Shown here: in pieces, positions 26,531-39,860 of the stretch | How the letters are laid out: each line of letters begins with the position of its first letter | Numbering within the stretch: the stretch's first letter is position 1 | Source of the DNA: the human T2T-CHM13v2.0 reference genome, Homo sapiens | Assembly (NCBI RefSeq): GCF_009914755.1 | Contig: NC_060933.1 | Direction: 5' to 3' (one strand) | DNA: 64,000 nucleotides | Notes under the pieces: generated by a model | Told to the model about the DNA's origin: nothing | The model's input: only the letters and a program-made list of their open reading frames with translations | Database searches by the model: none | Translations under genes and position numbers: made by a program

Positions 26531-27302
26531 GGTGGGGCTCCAGTTCTAAGTACCGTTGTCACCAAGTGAACATCCTTACAGATTTCTAGCAAAATGCTGC
26601 TCAGACCCCTTTCCGAGGCCGCATGGCCTAATCGTCCTCGGAGAGACTGACTGACTTTATCGGGTGCTCGCGGAGTGCCAGACACGGCTTTCATTACATT
26701 CGGTCCTTGTGGGGGCCTGTCAGGTGGGCGGCACAGATGCTGCAGTTTCATGGGTGACGATATTGAAGCACAGAGGAGTCAGGTCACCCGTTCAAGGTCA
26801 CACATGGAGTAGGAGGCAGGGCCCTCACCACCACCTCGCCAGGGGCCTCATTGTGAACTCGGAAAGGGCCCCACCCCTCCAGCGACTCCGAAACCCGTGG
26901 AGCTTCCCTCTGTGAAATCCTGATCGAGGGCTTTGCTCCCAGTGCGCGCCAGGCCCTCTGCCAGGCGGAAAAACATTTCCTGCTCTGAGCTCATCTTAGT
27001 CTCCTGGGCGGGCGAGGCTTTGGTGCCCTCCGGGAGTGCCGACCCACCCACGTTCCGGATCAGCGAAACAAACTCGGCGTCTGCACTGGCTTCCCGTCAT
27101 CCGAGCAGTACAGCCAAGAAGTGCTCTCAAAAGGTACAAATTAAATTCCTCTGTCGCAAGGAAGTGCAAGCGGAGCTTTGCTTTAGCTGTCATTTTGCCA
27201 TTTCATCTGGAGCTTTCAAACCCCAAATCCATAGCTCTGGACGTGTCCCAGGCATCTCTCTAGAGTTTATTTACAGCCCCAAACTTTTAATTATGAGCAT
27301 CT

Positions 27303-27380
27303 TCAAAAATACTGAGACATGGGCAGGATCAAAAATACTGGGACATGGGCAGGATCAAAAATACTGGGACATGGGCAGGA
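27303..27380 (+). repeat. 26-bp tandem triplication
   Basis: tcaaaaatactg(a/g)gacatgggcagga at 27303, 27329 and 27355. Confidence 0.95.
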
Positions 27381-30300
27381 GAGTATAAAGATTTCCTTAT
27401 GTCCTTGTCGCCCAGCGGCAACACAGCCTCGTCAGTATCTTTTCCTCGCACAGCTCTCATGTCTTGCGGAAAGGTTCAGGTGTTGGTCATCTGTCAGGTC
27501 AGTGTGACCTGCCTGCAGGGGGGATCCATGCAGACTGGGGATGGGGGTGGCTTTGGGAGCAGAGGGACTCTGGCCAGTGTCTCTGCTTTTTCACTGTCTG
27601 ACCCCGGGCAGATACGTCAACGTCTCTGGACTTCAGTCCCCTGAAGCAAAATCACAATAATGAGAATCCGCTCCCAGGCCTGCCATGAACGCGAAGTGGC
27701 CCATAAACAGCAGCTCTGTGCGTGTGTGGACGAGAGAGTGAACGCGAGAGCTCTGCAGACCTCAATCTCACGCCCGCAAGGATTTGCCAATGGCTGCTTA
27801 GAAAGCTGTGCTTACCCTGGGCCTCAATGCAGCTGATCACTTGGGGCAGTGGCACAGCAGGAACAGGGAGGGAAGCCCTTATCCCCAGCAGCCACAAGAG
27901 TGGAGGCAAAACTTCATACCCACCTTAGCTTCCCAATTCCCCTGGCTGTCCTCCCAGCCTAGTTTTTAAATATCTGAATCTTAAGCGTGCACCTAGGAGT
28001 AATCTTAATAAATCGCATCCCTCCCTGAAGGTCCGTCTGCTCTGCTCCTTCATTGAGGTCTCCCCTGGCAAGCCACCACAGTTATTCGGATTCACATTAC
28101 TAAGACGCAGCAAGCCTCATGGCGACTGAGCCCCTAAATCTGGAGGCGGGGACTGAGGACACAGCCCAGCTGCAGGTGTGGGTGTAAGGGTGGCGTGAGT
28201 CCATCCTGGGAAGGATGTGTCTGCCCCAGGCTCAGAGTGCTGAGACTCTAGGGAGCTATGTACCTTCTTGCAGGGAGTCTGTAGGCATCTCCTTCTGCAA
28301 GGGTGATATTTCTGGCCCTTTACAATGAGCGGTGCCTGGGGGCTGGAGGAGAGAACTTAGGGCAGGAGACAGATGCTCCTGCCATGTTTGCCACCCTCCC
28401 CCACTTGCCACCATCCCCCATCACCCTGCGAGATGAACTCTGGGCTAAAGCAGGAGGGACGACCCCCCTCACCCTGACAGTCATCCTGGGAGGGTCACAG
28501 TCCTCATCTGACAGCCAAGGAAAGTGGCTCCCAGGGGCACGGGGCTTACCAGGGCCACCTGCATAGGGGACAGCAGAGGTGGGGCCAGAGGCAAGGCCGG
28601 CTGACCCCAGAGCTCAGCTCCTAGACACCACCTCTCAAAGGTCTTGGAACACAGCTTAGAAAAAAGGCATCCTGGCATCTCGCGGGGTCTAAGCCACCCC
28701 TTGGGAACCAGGTGTGGCCCAAAGCTTCATAGCACAGGTGTCCTCACATGAGACTAAGTGGACTTTGCAGGATGCAACCCTGGTGAGTGTGGCACAGCGT
28801 CTCCAAAGAACCTTCCCTCCTTTCCTCTTCCATCTCTCTGTCACCTCCCTCCCACCTCTCCTTCCCCCCAACAAATTCTTACTGAGCACCTGCTGGGCAT
28901 GCTGTGTTAGGCTCCAAGGGAATACAAAATTGCCAAAAAATAGTCTCAATCTTTGGGAAGCTCCACAAATTCATTTGCCTATTCATTGGCACCACAGATG
29001 CTCTCCAGGCCCCCATGGGCCAGGGACAGTGCCAAGTGAATGGGATCCTTGCTCTTGCAGGGCTGGCATTCCCAAGCAAGAGGCCGACACTAAGGACTCG
29101 GGCATAAACACACACACGTGCGGTGGGGGCCATGCTTGCATGCCTGAACAAGAACTGGGCTGGAATTAGCAGAAAGTTAGGCTTGAACAAAATAAAAGGA
29201 CTTGGTTAGACCAGGTCTGATCCTCATCTAACAAAGGGGATGAGGTTAATAAACTGAAGACAAGCCTTGCGACTAAGGAAGGACAAGGCCTGCCTGGGAA
29301 GGGCCCTGATGGGACCTGGTTCCCCGACCCCGACTCACAGGTGCAATACCATGCACCAGGGTCCCAGAGTTGCTGCAAGCAGTGAATAAAATTCCCTGCT
29401 GATGAAGAGCTACGGCCAGCGTCTGGCCCATAGGAATTGCCCAGCAGACGTTGGGTGAGTCTGCACCGGCAAAGCCAGCTCTCCAGAGTCACCATTAACG
29501 TGGTCACTTTCTCACGGCCTGGGAGGGTGTGAGTCTGACGTGGTGACGTGGGCCACATTCGCGAGGATCAGCCTTGGGTCAGAGTGAGGTCTACTCCTTT
29601 CTTCAGGGCAGCAGCCCCCTTTCCTCTGCCAGCACCACCAGAATCTGAGCAGCCTGGCAAAGGCATACACAGGCTGCGGGCACTCTCTAGGGTGGACGCC
29701 AAGGCTTCTTACTGGTCCTCCTCTTGTAACTTTATTGCAGTAACTTTGGAGAGAGAAAAAATGGAGCTGCTAACGTTTGCAAAATTCATCGCAAACAGTA
29801 TTAGATGGCACTGATTAAAATGACTCATTCTGCAAGGAACTAAGCCAAATCAATCGTTTTTTTAGCAAATTAAAGCCATTCCTTCACTCAGCAGCCTGCG
29901 CTTTGGGTAGCAGATGGAGCGGATGAGCCTGCCCAGGTGTCTGTCCCCGCAGGGGCTTGGCACACTTGGGCGGGCTAGGCCACCTTCTGAGCTGATCAAT
30001 AAGCAGGTCTTAGGCCCGGTTCAGAGGGTCTCCTCGTGGCCTTGCCCCAGGAGAGGACAGCCCTGATCATTCAACACTTCACGCGCTCATTTTTTAATCA
30101 CCCTGTTCCTAATTGAGCCCAAAGACTTGCGACCTTTGCATAAGAATGGTTTACTGAATCCCTACTATGAGCCAGGCACATGGTGAAGGAGCCACACTGG
30201 GGAGATGGGATGGGAGGGTCAGGGGACGGAAGGAATGGAAATGGGGTGGGGGAAGAAACAATAGCAAGTAAACAAATGTGGAAGAAGGTGACTTCCCAAG

Positions 30301-31161
30301 GTTGGGATGCCCAGAAGACTGTGTGTCAGGTTGCCATGAAAGGACTTCAGGGGCTTTAGATGGCAGGGTCGCTGAACAGGTGACTGCAATGGAGATCTTC
30401 GTACTGGTCAGTGGAATAGTGGAGGCAGGGCCAGGCAGGGGACTGGAAGAAGAGCCGGGCATCTTTGGGGAAGGGAGTGCTCAGGAGGGGCCCAGGCAGT
30501 CAGTGGGGCCAGGACAGCTGGTGTAGCCCCCTCTTCTGGGCAGTGTAAGGAGCTTGGATCTCCCTGAGTGTAGCTGGAGCCTTCAGCAGGTGCTGGGGAT
30601 GGGCAGACTGGACCTGAGCGCTGCTTCAGGTGCTCCGTCGGCCTGCACTGTGTGGACTGGATGGGGCAAGGACACCAGAGCTCAACCCTGTCCTGGCTGT
30701 TCAGCAACAGGACAGTGGCTGGGAGAGAGTGTTGGCTGGAGGGAGGGGACTCATGCCAGAGACATCCTGGAGGGGGCAGGAGACAACGCTGGCTGTAGGC
30801 GGAGGAAGAGGGAAGGACTCAGGTCCCTGTCTCAGCAGCTGCGAGGTGGAGGATGCTAGGCGAGGGGCTGCCCTTGTGCCCACCAAGAAGCGTGGCAGCA
30901 GGCACAGCTGCGGCGTCCGATGGGCAGGTGAACACATGTGCCGGTGTTCTGTGGGAGCTCAGGGCTGGAGACAGACACTGGGAGCCACTGGCCCAGAGAC
31001 GACGTTCTGAAGCCTCTTATGGCCAGAGGTAGGGAGAGAAAAGGAGGGGAGTGCTGGGCTGGGCACCTTCACAGCAGGTGAGTGGGAGAGTGTGGAGGGA
31101 GCACCTAGAGGGGAGAGGAGTCCAGAGCATGTGGGTGTGAAGTCTGGAGAGCATGACACAT

Positions 31162-31238
31162 CCTGTGAAGATGGCGGGGAGCAGGGGCTAAGCTCAGGCC
31201 TGTGAAGATGGCGGGGAGCAGGGGCTGAGCTCAGGCCT
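31162..31238 (+). repeat. 37-bp tandem duplication
   Basis: cctgtgaagatggcggggagcaggggct(a/g)agctcagg at 31162 and 31199. Confidence 0.9.
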
Positions 31239-31731
31239 GGCCAGAGGGCGGTCACTGCACGGCTTGCCAGGGCAGTGTGGAGGCTGAGGGAATGGAAGGC
31301 CAGCCACGGCCCTTGGTGAGTCTGATCTGCCACCTGACGAAGGTGGGCACAAGACCCTCAGCCAGCAGCACCCTCCTGGAGGTGGAGCCTCACCTGGCTT
31401 TGCTGTACTCACGACACTCACGCCCCAGCCGTGTCCCAGAGCAGAGGGGACAGCAAAGCAGGGAGGTTGAGGGGAGCAGGGCGTGCACCAGGCATCAAGG
31501 CTTTCTGGGAGTCTGTGGCCTGGGAAGGAGAGGACAGCCTCTGGAGAGGAAGCATAAGCATCCACAGCATCAGATGACTCAGGACTTCATGGGCCTTGCT
31601 GAAGAGCTTTGAGTAAGTGAGCCCCACATTTCCAGTGGGTCTGTCTGCTTGGCAGTATAAAATATATTATATATGTTTTGTCCACTGTAAAGTAACATGT
31701 CTCTTCATCATGGAAAAGATTGGAAAATACC

Positions 31732-32188
31732 ATGGTGGGCTGAATACCGTTCCCCAAGATGTCCAGGTCCTGATGCCCAGAACTAGTGCATCCCAGAACC
31801 TGTGACACCTCCCCTCTACATGGTAGAGGGGCTTTTCAAATGTGCCGAAGTTGGGGATCTGGAGACAGGAGATGATTCTCCATAATTGCGGTGAGCACAA
31901 GCCATCAGAAGTGTCCTCAGGAAAGGGAGGCAGGGAGTCCAAGTTCATAGCAGGTGTGTGGGAGAAGCAGAGATTGCAGTGATGTGCTTCAAAAGCGGAG
32001 GAAGAATCCAAAGACCAAGGAATGAAGGGAGTTCCAGAAGCTAAAAAGGAAGGAGACAAACTCTCCCCAGAACGTGCAGAAGGAAGCAGCCCCACCAGCG
32101 CCCTGACCCTAGACTCTGAGCTCAAGAACTGTAAGAGAGGGCATTTCTGCTGTGTGAAGCTGCTAACAGTGGCAGAAAACTAAGACAG
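31732..32188 (+). mobile_element. MLT1D-like MaLR LTR
   Basis: tggtgggctgaatacc...ccaaggaatgaaggg...aagaactgtaagagag...aaaactaagaca. Confidence 0.8.
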
Positions 32189-32351
32189 ATACCAAAATGT
32201 ACAAGGAGTGGGGTATAATCACTAGTTGCCTTCCACCCAGCCTTTCATCCCCACAGAGTTCTTTTTTAAGTACTTAAGACGGGGCAATTGTATAGCCTGC
32301 ATTCTTCACCAGACTTTTACAGTGAGTATCCCCATGGTGTTAGCATCACTT

Positions 32352-32682
32352 TGTGGAGTCCTAATAAGATAAGCAACAATGAGGAAGGGGTCCAGGTCTG
32401 GGAGAACAATAGTCCTGAGAAGCAGCTACTGCAAACCACCCACTGGCAAAACAACCTGTTCACAAAAGCCTTGCTCCACCTAGCTTCAGCAGCATGGCCC
32501 TATCAAACCTCCCCCTAGCTTCTGCCTCTTTGCAGATAGCCCCTTCTCGCTGTGCTGCCCATTGCATTCTTGCAATGTGTTTTCCTACTTTCTCTAATAA
32601 TCTGCCTTTTTCTACCTACAACTGTCTTGGTAAATTCCTTCACAGCCCACAACAATGGCCTGATCTACTCACACCTATGACA
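32352..32682 (+). mobile_element. ERV1 5' LTR (MER83/MER84-like)
   Basis: tgtggagtcctaataagataagcaacaatgagg ... cacctatgaca, followed at once by ttttggtgacc (PBS-like start). Confidence 0.75.
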
Positions 32683-35225
32683 TTTTGGTGACCCAGGGAG
32701 TGCTTGGGGACAGCTCAGGAAGTGCCTGGAGACTGCTCCCCTACTCTCTCCCTTTCCTCTCCTCCAACTCCAGACTCTTAATGGACAGCACCCAAACCTA
32801 GAGACAATTGGAGGTGCCAGTCAGGGCCACTCCTTGGCAGACCAGGAGGTCCCGGTGGAAAGATGTCTGACCATTGTTACCCAATCTGGTGAGAGTCTAG
32901 AGTTTTGCTTTCCTTTTCCATCTTCAAGAAGACAAAGTCTAGTATTCTTCTGGCAATTGATGGCAACTGGCCAGGGCCACTCCCTGTTGTAGCCTAAAGG
33001 CCAGGAGGTGAACAGGTCTGGCTGCCTTGCCCAGAAGGGACGAAGGCCGTCTCCTGTCCTTTCTGGTCAAAAGTTCCCCACTCCCTACAGGTAGCATGAT
33101 GGGCAGTGGAAGCTCAATGAAAGTGAACCTACACACATTTTGGGGAACTCAGACCCCTTCTTTCTCCCTGTCAATTCTCCAGTGAAGGCAGCTAGCCATC
33201 CTACTCAGGCATTTTAAGCCAGATTATCCCAAACAGCACCTGAATGGTGAGTCTTCCCTCAACCCCTTCCCCTCATACCTGGATGAAGCACCCAGCATAA
33301 CTCATACCTGGGCTGGCTACCTAGTGTAATTCATACTTGAAGTGACCTGGGGCCATTCACCCAGTGTTCATCCAATGTCAGGCACTAGTGCTGGGAGATC
33401 TTTTCCAATAGGATGGATGCCCCCTTTGGAAAGTGCATCTCAGAGGCCCTCTGTGGACATGAGGGGAGCCCTTTTCCCTTGGTGGGATGCCCCAGGAGAA
33501 ACTGTGGTTTGTGTCCCCACTGGATGTTCTTCCCAGTCCCATGAGCCCCTCCATTCCCTCAGACTCACCCCAGGGCTGCATTTTAGAGCATTGGGGTAAA
33601 TTAGACCCTTAGACTCTCAAAAACAAATATCTAATTTTTGTGGTCCCTATGCAGGAAATCCTCAAATTCACCCCCTCAGTCTTTTATAACTAACAGCAGA
33701 TTAAAGAAAACAGGGTTAAGAGAAAAAAAAAAGAACTCAAGAACAAGAGGCAGGCTCAGCTGCTGGCTGCTTTCTAGTCCCCAGCCCACGCCAGGTTGAC
33801 CTAAGAACACTCCTCCAGATAACGGCCATTGGTGTGGGAAACCAGACCACTAGAAGGCAAACTGCCCCAATGGGATAAATGGGGAAAAGCCCCACAGAGC
33901 TTGTCCCCTCTGACCCAAGCTCGGCCACTGGAAATGGGACTGCCCTGAGGGCCGCAGGGCTCCTGGGATGGAATCCCCACCTCTGATGGCCTTGAGCTGA
34001 AGGGGTTTCTGCCCTGGCTGGCTTCCAAATCAGACACTCACCAACAAGACAAAGCCCAGGGCAACTCTGGAGGCAGCAAGTAAAATGATAAATTTCCCTT
34101 TTGGGTTCAAAAACTGCCTACTCTGTGCTAACCTCCTTCTCTAAGCTACTCTCCTCCAAATCCAGTCAGATAATGGGAGCAAATGACAACCCCTCCCTCC
34201 AAAGGAAAAATTCACACCCATTTATATTATTAATACTTAAAAGACCAGTGCCCATTCTCCCACCAGTCCCTGGTAATGTCAACATACCTTACACCTCTCT
34301 GGGGCAAAAATATACTTTCAAAGATGAGGACATGCTTAATATTTACCCAACCTCTAAATTCATCTTTCTCTCTAATAGCCCTGTTTGTCCCTGGAAAGCT
34401 ACCTAAACCTTTAACCAATAACTTCAACCTAGAGAGTCCCACCTCAGGGGTTTAAGAATATTCCACACTTACTCAGACAAGCCCTAGCAAGAAGTCTAAT
34501 GGAGCAGTCTCTTGAGGGGAATAACTTCTACGGTGTGGGGACATCCTCTCCATCTGCTTCCCCTTCGCAGATACACACAGTAACAGGCAGCACAAACCCC
34601 AGCTTCCTAACAGAAGAAAAACGACTTTGTCTCATTCAAAGGCTATAAAGGTAAAGAGGTATTTGTGGTAAGGAAGGTTATGAGAAAGAGATTTTATATG
34701 AAGAAGAATCTTGTATGGTAAATTCTTGTCCTAAGTAAAATGACTGGTTGTTTAAGAAAGAGGGATGTTTAGGACAACTCAGAAAGTTCAAGCATGCTGT
34801 AGATGGTCTGTGTAAGTTTAAAATTTGTGAAAGGAAATATATAAAAGAAATGTTGTATGTAATTGCGGTCTAATAGTCTCTGTGAAATTGGTTCCCTATG
34901 CTGTGTCTAATTAAATTCAAACATTTTTTATGGGGCTTAACTTCCAGGTTACCTAAATGAACTTCCAATAAGAAAAAACAGTCACACAGCAAAAGGTTTT
35001 TCTTTACCTTTTGGTAAACAAAAGCAACAAAATTTAAGAAAATTTCTTGGCTTAAGAAACAAAAAAATTTGTTGTCAAAAATTCAGCAGTTTCACCTTCA
35101 AATGGTGCTGCAAACGTGATGTCAGTCTTTTCCCAATGATGCCTGCTACCTTTATGAGTCTCCCCTGGATTCAGCTGGACACCAGCTCTGGTGGGATCAG
35201 CATCTGCAGCACCCCTTGTGAGAAC
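32683..35225 (+). mobile_element. Decayed, internally deleted ERV1 internal region (gag-pro-pol-env remnants)
   Basis: 33541-33640 reads SDSPQGCILEHWGKLDP*TLKNKYLIF (Gag MA-like). 33824-33946 has two CCHC knuckle remnants (GHWCGKPDH*KANCP; CPL*PKLGHWKWDCP). ~34055-34130 is protease-like; ~34442 reads PQGFKNIPHLL (RT LPQG motif); ~35083 reads IQQFHLQMVLQ (Env tail-like). Confidence 0.8.
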
Positions 35226-35231
35226 AACAGG

Positions 35232-35922
35232 TGTGGTGGCTGAGTCGTGCCCCAGACATGGTCACCTGGAGCCTGTGACTGTGACCTTATTTGGGAAACA
35301 AAAAAACAAAAAAGTCTTTGCAGACATAATTAAGTAAAGGGTCTCAAGATAAGATCATCCTGGATTAGCCAGCTTGGCCCCCAATTCAATGACAATCGTC
35401 CTTATGAGACACAGGGAGTGGCAGAGAGACCACCTGGAGACACCAGTGGAGGGGTCAAGAGGCCACTTGAAGATGAAGACAGAGATGGAAGTGACACAGC
35501 CACAAGCCAAAACTGTCTGGGGCCACCAAAGACTGGAAGAGGCAGGAAGAATCCTCCCCAGATCCCCAGGCAGGTGGCCCTGCCAGCACCTTAGCTTTCA
35601 GCTTCTGGATTGTGAGAGGGTACACTTCTGCTGATGGATGTCCCTCAGCATTGAGCTGCTAGCCTCAGGGCTGGGGAAGGGCACTTCTGTGGTTGGACAT
35701 CCCTCAGAGTTGAGCTGCTGGTCTCAGGGCCAGGAGAGGACACTCCTGCTGTTGGACGTCCTTCAGCATTGAGCTGCTGGCCTCAGAGCTAAGAGAGGGC
35801 ACTTCTGCTGTTGGACATCCATCAGCGTTGAGCTTCTGGCCTCAGGGCTGGGAGAAGACACTTCTGCCATTGGATGTCACCAGTTTGTGGTCTTTTGTTG
35901 TGGCAGCCCCAGGGAACTCATG
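35232..35922 (+). mobile_element. MLT1B/C-like MaLR LTR containing an internal minisatellite
   Basis: gtgaccttatttggg...gtctttgcagacataattaag...agatcatcctggatta...ccagtttgtggtcttttgttgtggcagccccagggaactca. Confidence 0.85.
35623..35878 (+). repeat. 59-bp minisatellite (4+ copies)
   Basis: cact(t/c)ctg starts at 35623, 35682, 35741, 35800 and 35859. Confidence 0.92.
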
Positions 35923-35974
35923 GGAGGAGGGAGCAAGACCCGGAGGATGGGCGCTCCAGGCAATAAAAGTACTG

Positions 35975-36382
35975 TGTATCAGTCCTTTCTCACATTGCTA
36001 TAAAGAATACCAGAGACTGGGTGTTTTACAAAGAAAACGGTTTAATTGGCTCATGGTTCTGCAGGCTGTACAGGAAGCATGGTAGCTTCTGGGGAGGCCT
36101 CAGGAAACTTCTAATCATGGCGGAAGGCCAAGGAGAAGCAGGTGCATCCCATGTTCTGAGCAGGAGCAAGACACAGAGGGGGAGGTGCCACACACTTTTA
36201 AATGACCAGATCTCACGAGAACTCACTCACTATCACAAGGACAGCACCAAGAGGAGGGTGCTAAACCATTCTTGAGAAATACACCCCCATGATACAGTCA
36301 CCTCCCACCAGGCCCCATCTTCAACACTGGGGATTGCAGTTTGAAGGGAGATTTGGGTGGGACACAGGTCCAAAGTGGATCA
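35975..36382 (-). mobile_element. MSTA-like MaLR LTR
   Basis: tgtatcagtcc...ttaattggctcatggttctgcaggctgtacaggaagcatgg...gaactcactcactatcac...cacctcccaccaggcccc. Confidence 0.9.
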
Positions 36383-37225
36383 GACCTTCACAACTTTTCT
36401 AGAATCTGGGCTCTCCAAAAGCTCCCAGAAAGAGGACGAGCTTGGACTTTTCTCTGTGTCCACCTCCCTGTCTGCCCCTTGGCTTGGTCCCCTCCCATGT
36501 GGCTATCGACACAGTCTCTGGACAGGATTGGGGTACACCAGCCCGGGGAGGAGGTCCCACCCGCGCAGCAAGTGGGGCCTGAGCTTGGATGGAAACAGCT
36601 GCCTCCCCTCTTCCCTGGAGACTGAGGCCCAGGCAGAAGGAGCTTGAGAACAGACCACCCTGTGGTCAGCTGACAGTCAACGCAGAGTTGCTGCTGTCAA
36701 ACGTTGAGAATGTTACAACTAAGGAAGTAATTTCCCCAGAGATGCTTCCTGTCGAGCAGTGTATTTAATAATTTGTTATTCTGAAGCTTCTACAAGATTT
36801 ACTCGATGAAATCACCATTGAGAATAGTTTTAAATCCACACATTCACAGGAAAATTTTGAAGCTTCCAAAGTATTAAAATGAAGAAGTGAAGTTTCACAG
36901 TTCGCCTCAGATGACACCCGTCCCCTCCCATATTCAATTAACCACATGTCCCCAACAACTCAGAGTGTGCAGCGAGGACACAGCTGAGATTAATTTTGCA
37001 TGAGGCATTGGACTGTAAAGGATTTTTCTATTTACTTATGTAACTTGTACATAAAAGATGATCATATTTAATCAAATACAGACCAACTACAAATTATGCT
37101 GGATAAACAGTGTGAAAAAATTCAATATGCTAGTGACTGTTTATATACACATACATATATATGATTGATATATATTTAAGAGTAGCAATCCAACCCATTA
37201 TGAACCCTGTGTGGAATAGTTACAC

Positions 37226-37551
37226 AGCGGTGCCCCTGTATCTGCAGTTTCCTTTTCCAAAGTTTCTATTACCCCAGGTAAACTGAGATCTGAAGATAGG
37301 TGGGCACAGTACGAGAGGGAGAGACCACATTCACATAACTTTTACCATGGTATATTGTTATAATTGTTCTGTTTTATTATTAGTTACTGCTGTTAATCTC
37401 TTACTGTGCCTAATGTATAAATCAAACTTTATCATAAGCATGTATGTATAGCAAATAACATCGTATATATGAGCACTGGTACCATCTGCGATTTCGGGTG
37501 GTCTCAGGGAGTCATGGAATGTATTTCCCATGGATAGGAAGGAACTACTGT
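37226..37551. mobile_element. MER44-like (TcMar-Tigger) DNA element
   Basis: gagagaccacattcacataacttttac...tgttaatctcttactgtgcctaat...ggaactactgta. Confidence 0.85.
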
Positions 37552-37635
37552 ACATTTTCATGTTTTCAAGGTGTTTACCTGGGGTTTAGAAAAATACTTA
37601 AAAGCTATTACTATCCAGGATATGTTGCAGCAGGC

Positions 37636-37964
<329 letters not shown>

Positions 37965-38079
37965 TAATTACATCCCTACTAACTTCAGCTATGCAGAGTT
38001 TCTGGGAAGAAACTCTCACAACCTCCCTGAAAGGGAGGACTGCAGTTTGTTTTCATCTTTGCCTCTCTAGCCTCTAACA

Positions 38080-38262
38080 CAATGGTTTCTCAAACAGCCG
38101 AGACTTCCCCCCGCCCCAGGAGACATTTGGCAATATCTGGAGATGTTTTTGGTTGTCATAATTTCTGCTGGCATCTGGTAGGTGGAAGCCAGAGATGCTG
38201 CTAAACAACAAATTATCTGGTCCCAAAATGTCAGTAGGGCCACAGTAGAGAAGCCTGTCCTA
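38080..38262. mobile_element. MER20 (hAT-Charlie)
   Basis: ccaggagacatttggcaatatctggagatgtttttggttgtca...ctggcatctggtaggtggaagccagagatgctgctaaaca. Confidence 0.88.
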
Positions 38263-38697
38263 ACACAGTGTCCGATGCTGGTGCCCACTCAGGGCACGTT
38301 TGAGGAAGGAACACAAGCCTTGAGCCACAGCTCTATGTACCTGCTATTCCCATTGCCTGGAAGATCTTTCCCTCTTCCCTTCTATTTTAGCAAATTCCCT
38401 TTTCTCTTTTAAGACACAGACTCAATATCACCTTCAGGGACAGCCCCTCTCTACACCAGAGCTGGGATCCTCTCCAGGAAGCCCCAGGGCTCCTAGGGCT
38501 CCATACCCACGGTGATGCCAGCACTTACCCCACGACACTTGCTGGCTGGGCTAGTGCTGGGCTATAGTCTGCTCCCCAGTGGCTCATGAAGCCCACAGGA
38601 GACCCAAACGCCATCTTGTTTATTTCTGTTTTCCAGAAGCTGGTACAAGGCCTAGAGCCTAGTTGGTTCTGGATAAATGTTTGCTTTAGATAGCTGA

Positions 38698-39021
38698 CTG
38701 GATGGGTGGATGAGTGAATGGATGGATGGGTGGGTGGGTGGGTGGATGGATGGATGGATGGATGGATGGATGAATGGATGAGTGGATGGATGGACAAGTG
38801 GATGGATGGATGGATGGATGGATGGATATTTTGGTAAATGAATGGATAAATGAGTGAATAATGGATGGAGGGATGGATGGATGGATGAATTAATAGACAT
38901 TTTGTAAATAAATGAATGGATAGATGAATGAATGGGTGGATGGAGGGATGGATGGGTGGGTGGATGGATGAATGGATGGGTGGAGAAGTGGGTGGATGGA
39001 TGGGTGGATATATAAGTAGAT

Positions 39022-39062
<41 letters not shown>
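38698..39062 (+). repeat. (TGGA)n degenerate tract followed by (GATA)~10 microsatellite
   Basis: Directly visible; pure GATA run at ~39022-39061. Confidence 0.95.
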
Positions 39063-39355
39063 TAAGTCACGAGACCTGACTACAGTCTTTCATTTGCCCC
39101 ATCATATCCGCTATATGACTCTTGAAAGGTCAAGTAGACTCTCTGGGATTGCTTCCCCAGAGAGAATGCAATGATTTGAGAGAGCAATGGTTTCTTTTCA
39201 AACTGTGTTGTGAGGCTCTTAAGAATTCCTGTTGTTGTTTTTTTTTCGATATTTTTATTTCTCCAAATTTGTTACTTATCAGGAGTGATTTGAAATAAAA
39301 AAATATAATTAAGTCTCATCATGATCATCATGGAAATAGCTTTAAGAGAAAACTG

Positions 39356-39649
<294 letters not shown>

Positions 39650-39860
39650 GAGAGAGAGAGAGAGAAACTGGTCAGATGAATATTATTGCTTCCCATTTTC
39701 AACCAGTAAACTGTTGCCACTGATAAATTGACAGCCAGGAGTCTGTCAGGAATGCTCAAGCAATGTTATGTGATACAACACACCGGTCCACAGGCAGAAT
39801 AAATCCTAGGAAATATGGCCCTGGGGCTGCCATAGGGAATGTCTTGGATACCTAAGAGAA

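Noticed and set aside
25669-26751. Longest ORFs (360, 293, 235 and 213 aa) on both strands
   Set aside because: They lie in the 35-bp GC-rich VNTR, which lacks stop codons in most frames; the peptides are periodic and overlap in several frames.
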